Assembly: GCA_965248435.1 (NCBI GenBank)
Contig: OZ252100.1
Span: forward strand, 3,424,001 to 3,488,000
Reading direction: 5' to 3'
Source of the DNA: Candidatus Latescibacterota bacterium
GTDB lineage: Bacteria > Latescibacterota > UBA2968 > GCA-2709665
Length of the DNA stretch: 64,000 nt
Shown here piece after piece: positions 1 through 9,705 of the stretch. The stretch's first letter is position 1. Each line of letters starts with the position of its first letter. The notes beneath the pieces are model-generated. The model made no database searches and had not been told where the DNA came from. It saw only the letters and a list, made by a program, of their open reading frames with translations. The position numbers and the translations under genes are program-made.

Positions 1-1
1 T

Positions 2-2038
2 GTCGTTCACGAAGGGTATGGGAGGATCTTCCTCCAACACGACGACCCGAGCAGGATCGTGTTTCGGGTCTCTGAGGCGTTCGAGGATACGGTCCTCGTC
101 CGTTTCAACCAGGTAGTCGGTTGCGAGATAGAACCAGGGCAGGGCCTTCGGGTTTTTGTAGATGTAGAGTCCGTCGGCCTGCCCCACTTCCGGAATATTG
201 GGCAGAGAAAGGCGTTTCTTCGAGATGATGTATTTCGTGTTCAAGAGGTTCAGGATAGGGATGTGATTGAGGTCGCCTGACTTCATGATGTGGTCGTAAC
301 GGCGGATGGCAAAGTCGTTGAACCCGGTCACGAGGTCGATCCCTTTCAGGGGGACCTGCCGTCTGTTGGGGAGGGGGAGGACCCGGAAGAGGTCCTTGTC
401 CTGCCTAAGGAATTGAAGGACGTTGGGATTGACGCGATCCGCAGGGAGGACACGACTCGGGTTCGCGTAGTTCAGGAACTGTTTGTCGATCCGCCAGGTA
501 TCGAGAATCAGGATGCCAAGCAGACAGACAACAAAGGCCGAGATTTGCATCCGCCCTTTGATGCGCAGGAAAACAAGAAAGGTCAGGAGGGCGACCCAGA
601 GGGCTGCCATCAGGGCGCCGTTCTGTATATCGGGCAGACTGGCGAGGGCGATCTGGAGGCGTTGATCGGGCATATCGTGCCAGACCGTTCCACGCCACAG
701 GCTGAGCAGGGTTTGCGGGTTGACCGCGATGAGAGTCAAAATCAGAGCGACGAGTCCCCCTCCAACACACAGCCTTCTCAGAAACTCGCCGCTGATTTGA
801 GGTTTTGGTTGGAGGAGTCTGTTCAGCCCGAAGGCAGCGAGGGCACAGAGTGCGAATGAGAACAAGAAAGCCATCAGCCCAGGTACGCGAAGCACCTTCA
901 TCCCTGGAACATAGCTGTAACAGAGCTTGTGGACGGGGGTGTGCGGACCCAGCGTAAATGAGACGGCCAACAGGAAAAGGAAGAGAAGGAATGGGATTCT
1001 GGGATCGTTTCGGAACTGGCCGAGGGACAATACGGCAAAAAAGAGGGCAACGATTCCGACGTACTCGGAGTTGAACTTGATTGCGTTGCGACCCCAGTAG
1101 CGGTGACTTCGAACGTCGAAACCGCCAAACTCCGGGATGATGAAGGCAGCCATTTCCTCGGGGTGTAAGGACCAGGACACGGCGTAATCGTATCCTCCGC
1201 CCTGTTGCTCCTTTCCGGCGCGTTTGGAAACGGTGCTCGTGTTCCAGAACTGTGGAACGAGGCCATCGGCGCCGATCGCGAGGCCCACGCAGACGGCGCC
1301 CGCCGCCAAGAGGGCGCGCCGAAGGGCGTTGATACGATCCCTTTCACGACGGTAGAATCGGACGAGTTTGAACATGAAGAGGAGGCCGAGCGCCCAGAGG
1401 GAGAAGTAGACGATTTGGAGGTGCGGTGTATAGATGCCGATCCCGAGCGCGGCGGAAAAGATGCCGAAGTAGATGACTCGCCCGGTCTCCATTCCACGGT
1501 CGAGTGACCAGTAGAGGAGCGGGAACAGGCAGATGGCCGACATCTTCGCAAACTGTCCGGCGTGAGTGAAGGTGAGGAACGCGGGTGCGCACGCAAAAGC
1601 AGTTCCGGTGACCAGGGCGGCGATGGGGTGCAGGCCAAATCCCCTGGCGCACAGAAAAAAGAAATAGCCCGCGCAGAACGTAGCGATGATGTATCGCCAC
1701 AGGAAGTAGCGGTGTTCGCTCGTAAACAGGGAGATGAACGTAAGGGGATGATACTGGGCTCGGAGACCGCTGGATTCCGGCGTTCCTCCCATGTAGCGAC
1801 TCCAGTTGGCCGGCGGCAAAGATTCGAGCTTTTCCAGGAAGGGTTCTTTGCCTTTGTGGAATTCCACACCGGAGTCCGAGCCGAGGATCACGTCGTTCGT
1901 AAACACACCTCCCGCGAAATAGATGATGCTGAGGAGGGCGAAGAAGAGGACGGGCACCCACGGAGAATCGAAGAGCGCGCTGTGCCGCTTTGGGGTCTGG
2001 CGGCGTTCGGACGGCCCATCCCTGCGCCTTGCCTTCAT
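2..2038 (-). CDS. YfhO-family multi-pass membrane glycosyltransferase (GT-C fold), 3' end runs off the window
   Basis: Not in the ORF track. Read from ATG at 2038 (MKARRRDG...WVPVLFFALLSIIYFAGGVF...WSRYMGGTP...YHPL...); many TM segments; same frame reads DPARVVVLEEDPP at the window edge, typical of YfhO proteins. Middle of the frame not translated codon by codon. Confidence 0.75.
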   Translation of the reverse strand, partial: MKARRRDGPSERRQTPKRHSALFDSPWVPVLFFALLSIIYFAGGVFTNDVILGSDSGVEFHKGKEPFLEKLESLPPANWSRYMGGTPESSGLRAQYHPLTFISLFTSEHRYFLWRYIIATFCAGYFFFLCARGFGLHPIAALVTGTAFACAPAFLTFTHAGQFAKMSAICLFPLLYWSLDRGMETGRVIYFGIFSAALGIGIYTPHLQIVYFSLWALGLLFMFKLVRFYRRERDRINALRRALLAAGAVCVGLAIGADGLVPQFWNTSTVSKRAGKEQQGGGYDYAVSWSLHPEEMAAFIIPEFGGFDVRSHRYWGRNAIKFNSEYVGIVALFFAVLSLGQFRNDPRIPFLLFLFLLAVSFTLGPHTPVHKLCYSYVPGMKVLRVPGLMAFLFSFALCALAAFGLNRLLQPKPQISGEFLRRLCVGGGLVALILTLIAVNPQTLLSLWRGTVWHDMPDQRLQIALASLPDIQNGALMAALWVALLTFLVFLRIKGRMQISAFVVCLLGILILDTWRIDKQFLNYANPSRVLPADRVNPNVLQFLRQDKDLFRVLPLPNRRQVPLKGIDLVTGFNDFAIRRYDHIMKSGDLNHIPILNLLNTKYIISKKRLSLPNIPEVGQADGLYIYKNPKALPWFYLATDYLVETDEDRILERLRDPKHDPARVVVLEEDPPIPFVND

Positions 2039-2060
2039 GGGTCGACCCGACGTCGATGCT

Positions 2061-2657
2061 TCATTTGATCGCCTGCAAGCGGAACAAGATATCCCGAGCT
2101 GGGATCACGAAGGTGAAGAAGGCTTCATACAGTTCCGGATAGAGGTTCACGGCCGACTCGACACCAAGTTTCCGCAACAGGGGGTTGAGGGTGATTCGAA
2201 GATCGGTCACCTGGAACTTCTGGGCGACCGGTAGACCGTATTTGATTTCGTCGATCCTGTAGAAGCATTCCAGGAGACGTCGCATCCTCGGCTTCTTCCT
2301 GGACGGTCTGGCCAGGAAGTGGAAAGTACGGATGCTGAGATGGTGCCGATGGGTTGGGTCGGCGTAGGAACTCGCAGAGGAGAAGTGGGGCGTCGCTCCC
2401 TCTACAGCGGCGCCCGGCGTGGCGATTCTCCAGATCTCTTCCATGGCATCCGGGATGTCGGTGATATGCTCGATCACGTGGGTAAGGACGATCAGATCGA
2501 ATGCGCCGTCCCTGAACGGATAGTAGCGTCGGTTCAGATCGGCGATCACGTCTGCTGCAGATCCGCGCGTGAGGTCTGCGCCGATGGCCCCTTTCCGTTT
2601 GCTGGATCCGCATCCCAGGTCGAGAATTCGCACGGCGTTTGCTCTATCCTTCTGCAA
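2061..2657 (-). CDS. Class I SAM-dependent methyltransferase domain protein (glycan-cluster type)
   Basis: ILDLGCG motif I, DLN...PF.DGAFD...HVIEH, DPTH motif. Confidence 0.85.
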   Translation of the reverse strand: MQKDRANAVRILDLGCGSSKRKGAIGADLTRGSAADVIADLNRRYYPFRDGAFDLIVLTHVIEHITDIPDAMEEIWRIATPGAAVEGATPHFSSASSYADPTHRHHLSIRTFHFLARPSRKKPRMRRLLECFYRIDEIKYGLPVAQKFQVTDLRITLNPLLRKLGVESAVNLYPELYEAFFTFVIPARDILFRLQAIK

Positions 2658-4260
2658 GGTTCGAGGACCGAGACCATTTGATCAGGGCTCGGGCAGTGAG
2701 GACCGATCCGAGGAAAAGCGCCGCAACCGCAGTGTAGACGACGACTGTGGCAAGGTTTCCAAGGAAGCCCGTGTGCAGGGCATTGACCCACCATACGTCG
2801 ATCAGATCGTAGGTGCTCATGGAGACCAGCACACCCTCCGATCCGGACGAGGGGATGGGATAGTTCAGGGAGTGTCCACCCGTCAGTCTGGAGACGGCAG
2901 AGATGAGCTGGAAGAAGGTGCCTGCGATGGGAGAGAGTCCCGGGGAAAAGACCAGGTCTGTAAAATGCCTTGGGTCGTAGGTGAAGTGTCCGATCCGGTT
3001 TTCGATCACAAAACGGGTGAAGAAGTGAACGTTCATGAGGGTTGCGGGGAGCTGAATCAATCCCCCGATGACGGCAAGTGTTTTGATGACGGCTTCCCTC
3101 GCTCCCCCGTTCTCGATCAGGCCGCCCAAGGGGAGAACGAGGAACGGCAGTATGGGCACCAAATACCGTGGACCCCACGAACCCCCGTGCCACGCTCGGA
3201 AGCAGGCGAAAAAGATCAAGTGAACTGCGATGAGCGCCGTGAAGAGCATCGCTTCTTCCCTGTGAGCTTTGCCGAACCGTAGTATCGCGATCGGAACGAA
3301 GAAAGCGGCCGGGAGGAAAAGGAGCAGTCCTCGACCCGCACTGAACAGCAAGCCGTAGACCGCGGTCACGATGTTAAACGGTGAGAAACTGAAGTAGCCC
3401 CCCTCCGCACCCGTCCAGAATTCGGATGCCACATCGTCCAGGTGATAGCCAGTTTTCAGGATGCTTCCATAACGCACCCAGTTGTGCCAGGCGATGAGCA
3501 GCCCGAACAGGATCAATGGGATGAGCAGGGCCGCCCAGGCCCTGAGCTGCCGGCCGCGCGTCAAAGATTTCGTGCAAGACCAGAGGTAGACGGCAAGACA
3601 GGGCAGGACGATCACGATGTAGAGTTTGGTCGCCGCTGACAGGCCCAACAAAGCCCCGGACCACGCCAAGCAGGACTGGGCTCCGGACTGGCGATACTGG
3701 TGAAGGGCCGTGACCGTGCCCAGCAGGGTGAGGCCAATCAGGGGTTCAGAGAAGCCGTATCCGGCATAGGGGAATACCATGGACCCCACGCCGAAGACCC
3801 CCGTTATCCAGATGAGTGTGGGCCGCCCGAAGGAGAGCTGACGCGCCAATTTGAAGAAGACGATGCACCAGAGTGCGCAGACCGCGACGTTCGTGATCGA
3901 GGTCGTGAACATCGTGACATAGTCTCGAGGAACGCCTGGAACGAGTCGGGCGATCAGACGACCTACGGCATAGAATGGAACTTCGACCAGGGCTTGTCCG
4001 AGGCCATACTTCGAATAGCTTCTTCCACTCCCGGCAATCACCCCGCCTCCCTGATCGTGGGTGTACTGGTTGTACATCTCTTCAATCAGGAATGGGCGGT
4101 CGCCGATGATCAGGTCGCCATCAAGGACGATACTTTCAGCGGTCAGGTAGTTCCAGAAGCCGTCCCCACCGTAGTGGCCGCCGGCGGTGAGGAGGTAGAT
4201 GGAAAAGAAAAACGCCCCTATGCCTAAAGGGACGGATCGCCGCTCACCCGTGTGCAACAT
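2644..4260 (-). CDS. Multi-pass membrane glycosyltransferase, PMT/GT39-like (GT-C)
   Basis: About 11-13 hydrophobic segments; GDG..NYLTAESI, YSKYGLGQ, FSEP, HNWVRYGS, WHGGSWGPRYLVP motifs. Confidence 0.7.
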   Translation of the reverse strand: MLHTGERRSVPLGIGAFFFSIYLLTAGGHYGGDGFWNYLTAESIVLDGDLIIGDRPFLIEEMYNQYTHDQGGGVIAGSGRSYSKYGLGQALVEVPFYAVGRLIARLVPGVPRDYVTMFTTSITNVAVCALWCIVFFKLARQLSFGRPTLIWITGVFGVGSMVFPYAGYGFSEPLIGLTLLGTVTALHQYRQSGAQSCLAWSGALLGLSAATKLYIVIVLPCLAVYLWSCTKSLTRGRQLRAWAALLIPLILFGLLIAWHNWVRYGSILKTGYHLDDVASEFWTGAEGGYFSFSPFNIVTAVYGLLFSAGRGLLLFLPAAFFVPIAILRFGKAHREEAMLFTALIAVHLIFFACFRAWHGGSWGPRYLVPILPFLVLPLGGLIENGGAREAVIKTLAVIGGLIQLPATLMNVHFFTRFVIENRIGHFTYDPRHFTDLVFSPGLSPIAGTFFQLISAVSRLTGGHSLNYPIPSSGSEGVLVSMSTYDLIDVWWVNALHTGFLGNLATVVVYTAVAALFLGSVLTARALIKWSRSSNLAEG

Positions 4261-5377
4261 CCCGTTTCCTCAATTCTGAAAGGACCTCTTCGTAAACGCT
4301 CTCCTGGTCTCGGGCGATTCGATCCCAGGAAAAGCGCTTTGCCCAGAGTTTGCCGGACCGGCCTAGCCGCCGGCGATATTCCGAGTCCTCTGTCAGCTGA
4401 CGCATGGCTTCCTGGAGGGCATCCGTGTCTTCGGGGGGCACCAAGATTCCTGTCTTGCCGTGCACGACGGCATCGGTCAGCCCCGGGATGCGGGTTCCGA
4501 TTACGGCCTTCCCGGCCGCAGCCGCCTCGACGGCCGTGATGCCCCATCCCTCATACCGGGAGGGCATGCACGTAAACAACGCACCGCCTAGGAGTTCCCG
4601 TTTCGTTTCCTCGGAGACCGTACCGCGTATCTCGACGTGTTCGGTGATCTCGAGGGCATCACACAGGGATGTCAACTGTCGTAGCCGCTTCGGGGTGGCC
4701 CGACCGGCCAGCACGAGGCGCACATCCGGGTAATCTGCACGGAAACGGGTGAAGGCCTTTAGAAGGAGGTCGATGCCCTTGACATACACGTCGAAGCGGC
4801 CGACGTAGAAGATGTAGTCCTGCTCTGAAACCGGGACGTCGAAACAGGCGTTATCGACACCTGTATAGACCAGGTGAAGGCCCTGCGTACCCCGCGCTCG
4901 CGAGATCTGTTTCGCCACGCTCGGGGAGATCGTCACGAGATGGTCGAAGGATCTGAGGGTGTATTCTTCCGCGATTCTTGCTGGAAGACCGAGAAGGGGG
5001 AACTTCCTGACTGCGTGACCCGCGATCCGGTGAAAAAACTCCAGGACGCATCTTCGTCGGAGGCCCGCAGACGCGAGAATGGGGGAGAATGCAGAGAAGT
5101 TGTAGACCCAGAGGTCGAAGGTTTCCCGGGCCAGAAGGGATGACGCGAGAGCCGAGAAACTCAGCCGGCTGAGGAGATAAGATCGGTCGGTGCCCACGCG
5201 ACGGATTCTGACCCCGTGGCGGATCTCCTGGGCGGCCGCGCCTGGATAGGCACCGGAAAGAAGGGTAATGTCGTGCCGCTGGGCCAGGCGGCGACTGATT
5301 TCGAGGGCCCTTACCGCGCCTCCGCCTCCGCACCAGGGGTTCTGCACATCGTCGTATATGGCGTGTAGAATCCTCAC
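4244..5377 (-). CDS. Glycosyltransferase family 4
   Basis: MRILH...GGG N-terminus, YVGRF...KGIDLLLKAF, PSRYEGWGITAVEA (EX7E) motif. Confidence 0.93.
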   Translation of the reverse strand: MRILHAIYDDVQNPWCGGGGAVRALEISRRLAQRHDITLLSGAYPGAAAQEIRHGVRIRRVGTDRSYLLSRLSFSALASSLLARETFDLWVYNFSAFSPILASAGLRRRCVLEFFHRIAGHAVRKFPLLGLPARIAEEYTLRSFDHLVTISPSVAKQISRARGTQGLHLVYTGVDNACFDVPVSEQDYIFYVGRFDVYVKGIDLLLKAFTRFRADYPDVRLVLAGRATPKRLRQLTSLCDALEITEHVEIRGTVSEETKRELLGGALFTCMPSRYEGWGITAVEAAAAGKAVIGTRIPGLTDAVVHGKTGILVPPEDTDALQEAMRQLTEDSEYRRRLGRSGKLWAKRFSWDRIARDQESVYEEVLSELRKRDVAHG

Positions 5378-6390
5378 GCATTCAGACCATCGGCGGCCTG
5401 CAGCAGCTCCTGTTTGGAGATGGCCGCGACACCGATTTTTCGGACGACAACGCCGCCTGCAAGGTTGCCAACACAGGCTGCTTCCGCGTGCGTCGCCCCG
5501 GATACGAGCGCCGTTGTATAGACCGCGGCGGTCGTGTCTCCAGCGCCGGAGACGTCGTAGACGTCGCGTGCTGTCGCCTCGAGGTGTGCGACCTGCCCGC
5601 CCTTTTCAAACAGGCTGACGCCCTTTTCACTCCGGGTCATAAAGACCGCCTGGAGCTCGAACCGTTTGACGAGTTCGTGTCCAGTGGCGACGACGATGGC
5701 CTCGTCGTCGCCGTCCAGGTTGAGCGCCCCGAGGGCCTCGGCCTGATTGGGAGAGATGGCCGTCACGCCGTGATACTTGTCAAAATTTCTACCTTTTGGA
5801 TCGACGACCGTCGGTCGGTTCAGTCGGCGAAACAACGCTCTGACCGCATCCATCATTCCCTGCGTCACGACCCCTTTGGCGTAGTCTGACACGAAGACGG
5901 CGTCGATGTCCTCGACGTTCGAAATGTTCTCGATCAAGCGCCGCTCGACGGCTCCGGAAACTTCATCGCACACCTCCCGGTCCGCCCGGACGATATGCTG
6001 TCCCCTCCCTCTTTCCCCACCGTGCTCCAGAATTCTACGGGCGATGATGCGGGTCTTGGACGTTGTCGGCCGGGCCGGATCGGTGACGACGCCGCTCAGG
6101 TCGACCCTTTCAGCGGCCAGGAGATCCTCGAGTTTCTTTCCATCTCCATCTTCGCCGACGACGCCGACCGCGGCGATCTCCGCGCCGAGTTCGTGCAGGT
6201 TGTGGATGACGTTGGCTGCCCCTCCCGGTCGAAAAGTTTCCGACTCGATCTCGACCACAGGGACCGGCGCTTCGGGTGAAATTCGATCTGCGCGACCCCA
6301 TAGATAGTGGTCGAGCATCAGGTCGCCGATCACCAGGATGCGTTTGCCTGAGGCCAGTGAGAGGATCTCGCTAAGGCGTGACCGATCCAA
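5374..6390 (-). CDS. rfaE1: D-glycero-beta-D-manno-heptose-7-phosphate kinase (RfaE/HldE domain I)
   Basis: ILVIGDLMLDHYLWG..DRISPEAPVPV, PGGAANV, SDYAKG, VYDVSGAGDT; start set at TTG 6390 with GGGAGG upstream. Confidence 0.92.
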   Translation of the reverse strand: MDRSRLSEILSLASGKRILVIGDLMLDHYLWGRADRISPEAPVPVVEIESETFRPGGAANVIHNLHELGAEIAAVGVVGEDGDGKKLEDLLAAERVDLSGVVTDPARPTTSKTRIIARRILEHGGERGRGQHIVRADREVCDEVSGAVERRLIENISNVEDIDAVFVSDYAKGVVTQGMMDAVRALFRRLNRPTVVDPKGRNFDKYHGVTAISPNQAEALGALNLDGDDEAIVVATGHELVKRFELQAVFMTRSEKGVSLFEKGGQVAHLEATARDVYDVSGAGDTTAAVYTTALVSGATHAEAACVGNLAGGVVVRKIGVAAISKQELLQAADGLNA

Positions 6391-6397
6391 GCGCCTG

Positions 6398-7828
6398 CTA
6401 CCTCCCGCCCTCGAGGATGTCGCGGACGATGTCGCTGGTTGAACTGCCTTCCACAAGGGGCACGGTGGCCACCTGACCGCCTGCAGCCTCCACCTCCTCA
6501 CGGCCTACGATCTGGTCTTTGTCGTAGTCGCCGCCTTTGACGAGGGTATCGGGCATCAGCGTTTTGATCAGGTCTATGGGCGTATCTTCTTCGAAGACGC
6601 AGATGTGGTCCACGGCAGTCAGGCCGGCGAGGACCGTGGCCCTGTCCTCGACAGAGAGGATGGGCCGCCCCTTGCCTTTCAGGCGGCGGACGGAGTCGTC
6701 GCTGTTGAGTCCCAGGAAGAGCACGTCCCCGAACGCCTTGGCCTTCTGGAGGTAGGTGACGTGACCTCCGTGTAAAAGGTCGAAACAGCCGTTGGTGAAG
6801 ACCGAACTGGCTCCGAGGGATTTCAGGTTTTGTCGGATCTCGACCGCACGATCCTGGGAGACGAGCTTCTTCCGTGCGGTTTCTGACGGATCCCCCAACG
6901 CCTCGGCAAGCGCCGCTGCCAGCAGGGGGAGGAGAAATTCGTGATGTCCCGTGAACGCGTAACCCCTCCCGCCTTTGAGCGTGGGTCTCTGCACCACGTT
7001 GACCCGTGGACGGTAGTGCTGGATCATGTCGAAATTCGCGGTGATGAATCCCGAGGGAGTACTCTTGAGATTGCGGGCGACGGTGAGCGCCTTCAGGAAG
7101 ACTTCGGGCAGGAGGACTGCCGAACCGATGTTCACGTATGCGCCGCCCTCCAGGCTTGCCACGACCGAACATAGGGTGCGAAAGTCGTCATACGAGGCCC
7201 GGCCGATCGCGGCCCCGTCGGCGGTCGGATGCTGGTGGACGATGTCGGTCCCGACGGCGACGTGGACGGTGGCGGGGAGCCCCAGCTCGAAGGCGGTGGC
7301 CAGGAGGCTCTTCCCCCTGAAAGGCAGATCCTGCTCGACGATTCTGCGGCCCAGGGCGGCGCCGTAGCCGGTGTCAACATCGTGCGCGGCGCCGTTTACG
7401 AATTCCCCCGTTTCGCGCGCCATTCCGAAGGACCCATCCTCCAGACCTTCGGCCACGTCTTCCGATGTGTTTCCGGACAGCGCGATTTCCACGTCGTGGA
7501 TCGCCGTGGCGCCGTTCATCGCCAGGGCGGAGATCCAGCCTCGGTGCATCGCGTCGATCAGGATGGGACTCAGGCCGCATTTTACGACGTGCCCGCCGAC
7601 GCCAAAGAGGACCGTCTTCTCTAAACGAACCGCATCTGAAAGGTCGCGTACGAAGCTTCTGAATTCGGCGCCGGCCAGGATCTCGGGCAGGCCGATCAAG
7701 AAACCGCGAAAAGAGGCCCCTGACGCAGACGAACGTGCAAAGCCTGCCGTGGAGACCTTGCTGGCGCGCGCATCGAGAGGTCGCGTCTTGACGTCAGACA
7801 GGTCGAGGGGCTCGAACTTTCTTTTCAC
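6398..7828 (-). CDS. Fusion of an uncharacterised N-terminal domain (about 310 aa, possibly deoxyhypusine-synthase-like) with C-terminal heptose-1-phosphate adenylyltransferase (RfaE domain II/HldC)
   Basis: C-terminus VFTNGCFDLLHGGHVTYLQKAKAFGD...GLNSDDSVRRLKG..RP...VKGGDY...SSTS; N-terminus GGHVVKCGL, MNGATAIHD.E, TSEDV, GSAVLLPEVFLKA, HYRPRVNVV.RPT, GHHE. Confidence 0.85.
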   Translation of the reverse strand: MKRKFEPLDLSDVKTRPLDARASKVSTAGFARSSASGASFRGFLIGLPEILAGAEFRSFVRDLSDAVRLEKTVLFGVGGHVVKCGLSPILIDAMHRGWISALAMNGATAIHDVEIALSGNTSEDVAEGLEDGSFGMARETGEFVNGAAHDVDTGYGAALGRRIVEQDLPFRGKSLLATAFELGLPATVHVAVGTDIVHQHPTADGAAIGRASYDDFRTLCSVVASLEGGAYVNIGSAVLLPEVFLKALTVARNLKSTPSGFITANFDMIQHYRPRVNVVQRPTLKGGRGYAFTGHHEFLLPLLAAALAEALGDPSETARKKLVSQDRAVEIRQNLKSLGASSVFTNGCFDLLHGGHVTYLQKAKAFGDVLFLGLNSDDSVRRLKGKGRPILSVEDRATVLAGLTAVDHICVFEEDTPIDLIKTLMPDTLVKGGDYDKDQIVGREEVEAAGGQVATVPLVEGSSTSDIVRDILEGGR

Positions 7829-7852
7829 CGAACGTTCCTCTCAGCCGGCACT

Positions 7853-8446
7853 CTACAGCACACCCTTCGTAGAGGGGATACCGGATACTTCGGGATCTCG
7901 CCTGACGGCACTCCTCAATGCCCTGGCTACGGCCTTGAAGATGGCCTCCACTTCGTGGTGGGCGTTCGAGCCCCTCACGAGGTCGACGTGCAGGTTGATC
8001 ATAGCGTGATCTGCGAGCGCGCGGAAGAATTCCTGGGCGAGTGCCGCAGGGAACGCACCTACTGTTTCTTCTGACAGGGTGACATCGTAGACAAGATAGG
8101 GCCTTCCTGAAACGTCCACGACCGCCCGCGCAAGCGTTTCGTCCATGGGGACGTAACTCTGCCCGAAACGTGTGATGCCGGCCTTGTCTCCCAAGGCTTG
8201 CGCGAGCGCCTGTCCCGCGCAGATGCCGATGTCTTCCACGGTATGGTGCGCGTCGACCTCCAGGTCACCCGAACAGGTCAGCTGGAGGTCGAAGAGCGCG
8301 TGCCGCGCAAAAGTCGTGAGCATGTGGTCGAAGAATCCGATACCGGTTTTGCCGCGGCAAAGACCGGCACCATCCAGGGTTAGAGACAGGTCTATGTCGG
8401 TTTCGGTGGTCTTTCGCTTGACGCGCGCCGTACGTGGGCTGGACAT
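7853..8446 (-). CDS. hisB: Imidazoleglycerol-phosphate dehydratase
   Basis: TGIGFFDHML, DAHHTVED, NAHHEVEAIFKA, PSTKGVL. Confidence 0.97.
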   Translation of the reverse strand: MSSPRTARVKRKTTETDIDLSLTLDGAGLCRGKTGIGFFDHMLTTFARHALFDLQLTCSGDLEVDAHHTVEDIGICAGQALAQALGDKAGITRFGQSYVPMDETLARAVVDVSGRPYLVYDVTLSEETVGAFPAALAQEFFRALADHAMINLHVDLVRGSNAHHEVEAIFKAVARALRSAVRRDPEVSGIPSTKGVL

Positions 8447-8457
8447 GAGGAACCTCT

Positions 8458-9561
8458 CTAACTCTCTTTGAGCGCTGTTTTGAGCGCAGAGAGAAATCGG
8501 TCGTTCTCCTCCGGCGTGCCGATGCTCACCCTGAGCCCGCGGGAGAGCAGGGGATAGCCGGTGACATCGCGGATGAGTACGCCCTGCTCGACCAGACTGT
8601 TGAAGACCCGCTTGGGTTCGGAGACCTCGAAAAGGATGAAGTTGGCGCTCGAAGGATAAACGCTTAGCCCTTCTGTATCCTGGAGGGCCTTAAAGACCCT
8701 GTCACGCTCGCTGCAGATGGCGGCGACTCGCTCTTTGAAGAGGTCCTTGTGCTTCAGGATCTCCAAAGCCGCCGCGTGCGAAAAGAGGTTGACGTCAAAG
8801 GGCACTTTTCCTTTCAGGATCTCGCGCGTCAGCTCGGGATGGGCCAGCAGGTAGCCGATTCGGATCCCAGCAGACGCGAACGCTTTGGAAAGCGTTTTCA
8901 AGACGATGAGGTTGGCGTGCTCTGCGAGCAGGTCGACAGCGGTGCTCCGGTTGAACTCACCGTAGGCCTCATCGACCAGGACCAGGGCGTCGGTCTCCTC
9001 GAGGATGGACCCGAGGTCCTCGTTCGACAGCGTGCATCCGGTTGGGCTGTGAGGCGAGCAGAAGAGCATCACGTGCGCCTTTTCCCGAACGGCGGCGGCG
9101 CTGATAGCGGGAATATCGAAGGTGAACCCCTGAGCGAGGTCGACCGATATGATGTTTCCACCGAAGATCCGAGCGTAGAGTCCATACAGTGAGAAACTGG
9201 GTGATGGGATGACCACGGGAGTCCCCGGTCCGACGCTGACGGCCAGGACGAGCTGGAGCAGGGTGTTGGAGCCGTTGCAGACGATCAGTCCTTCAGGATC
9301 CCAGCCCACGTGCTGTGCCAGCGCACTCACGAGGTCCATCGGCATGGGTGCAGGATAACGCGACCAGGGGCGCGCCTGGACGGACTCCAGGATCTGCCGC
9401 TTTAGATCGTCCGGCACGTCGAAAGGACTCTCGTTCTGGTTCAGCTTCACGGCGCTGTCGTGGGTCTCGAGGTGATAGCCGTCGATCGCACGAACTTCAG
9501 GTTTAATTCGGTTCAATGGGGACGATTTCAAGTCTGTTCCCAACATTAGAAGGTTCTTCAC
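8458..9561 (-). CDS. hisC: Histidinol-phosphate aminotransferase (true start probably slightly downstream of the ORF-track start)
   Basis: KLNQNESPF, SRYP, NGS, VDEAYGEF, KTLSKAFASAGIRIGY, RVSIGTPEEN; his operon context. Confidence 0.93.
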   Translation of the reverse strand: MKNLLMLGTDLKSSPLNRIKPEVRAIDGYHLETHDSAVKLNQNESPFDVPDDLKRQILESVQARPWSRYPAPMPMDLVSALAQHVGWDPEGLIVCNGSNTLLQLVLAVSVGPGTPVVIPSPSFSLYGLYARIFGGNIISVDLAQGFTFDIPAISAAAVREKAHVMLFCSPHSPTGCTLSNEDLGSILEETDALVLVDEAYGEFNRSTAVDLLAEHANLIVLKTLSKAFASAGIRIGYLLAHPELTREILKGKVPFDVNLFSHAAALEILKHKDLFKERVAAICSERDRVFKALQDTEGLSVYPSSANFILFEVSEPKRVFNSLVEQGVLIRDVTGYPLLSRGLRVSIGTPEENDRFLSALKTALKES

Positions 9562-9667
9562 CCAACTTCGGGTTGGGCGTAGCAGATTACGACGAGAGAA
9601 TATTCATCCTTTTGAATCCCTAAGCCCTTCGCCCGACCCCACAACCCTATGCCTCCGGCGGCCGCAC

Positions 9668-9705
9668 AATTGCGGATTGCGGATTTGGGATTGCGGAATG
9701 AAAGG
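9668..9705 (+). repeat. 38-bp heptamer-based dispersed repeat, copy 1
   Basis: AATTGCGGATTGCGGATTTGGGATTGCGGAATGAAAGG, identical to 18327-18364. Confidence 0.9.

Noticed and set aside
898-1961. ORF-track ORFs 898..1869, 1344..1961 and plus-strand ORFs in 59-2234
   Set aside because: Alternative frames or antisense shadows of the YfhO-like gene, which the track missed because it runs off the window
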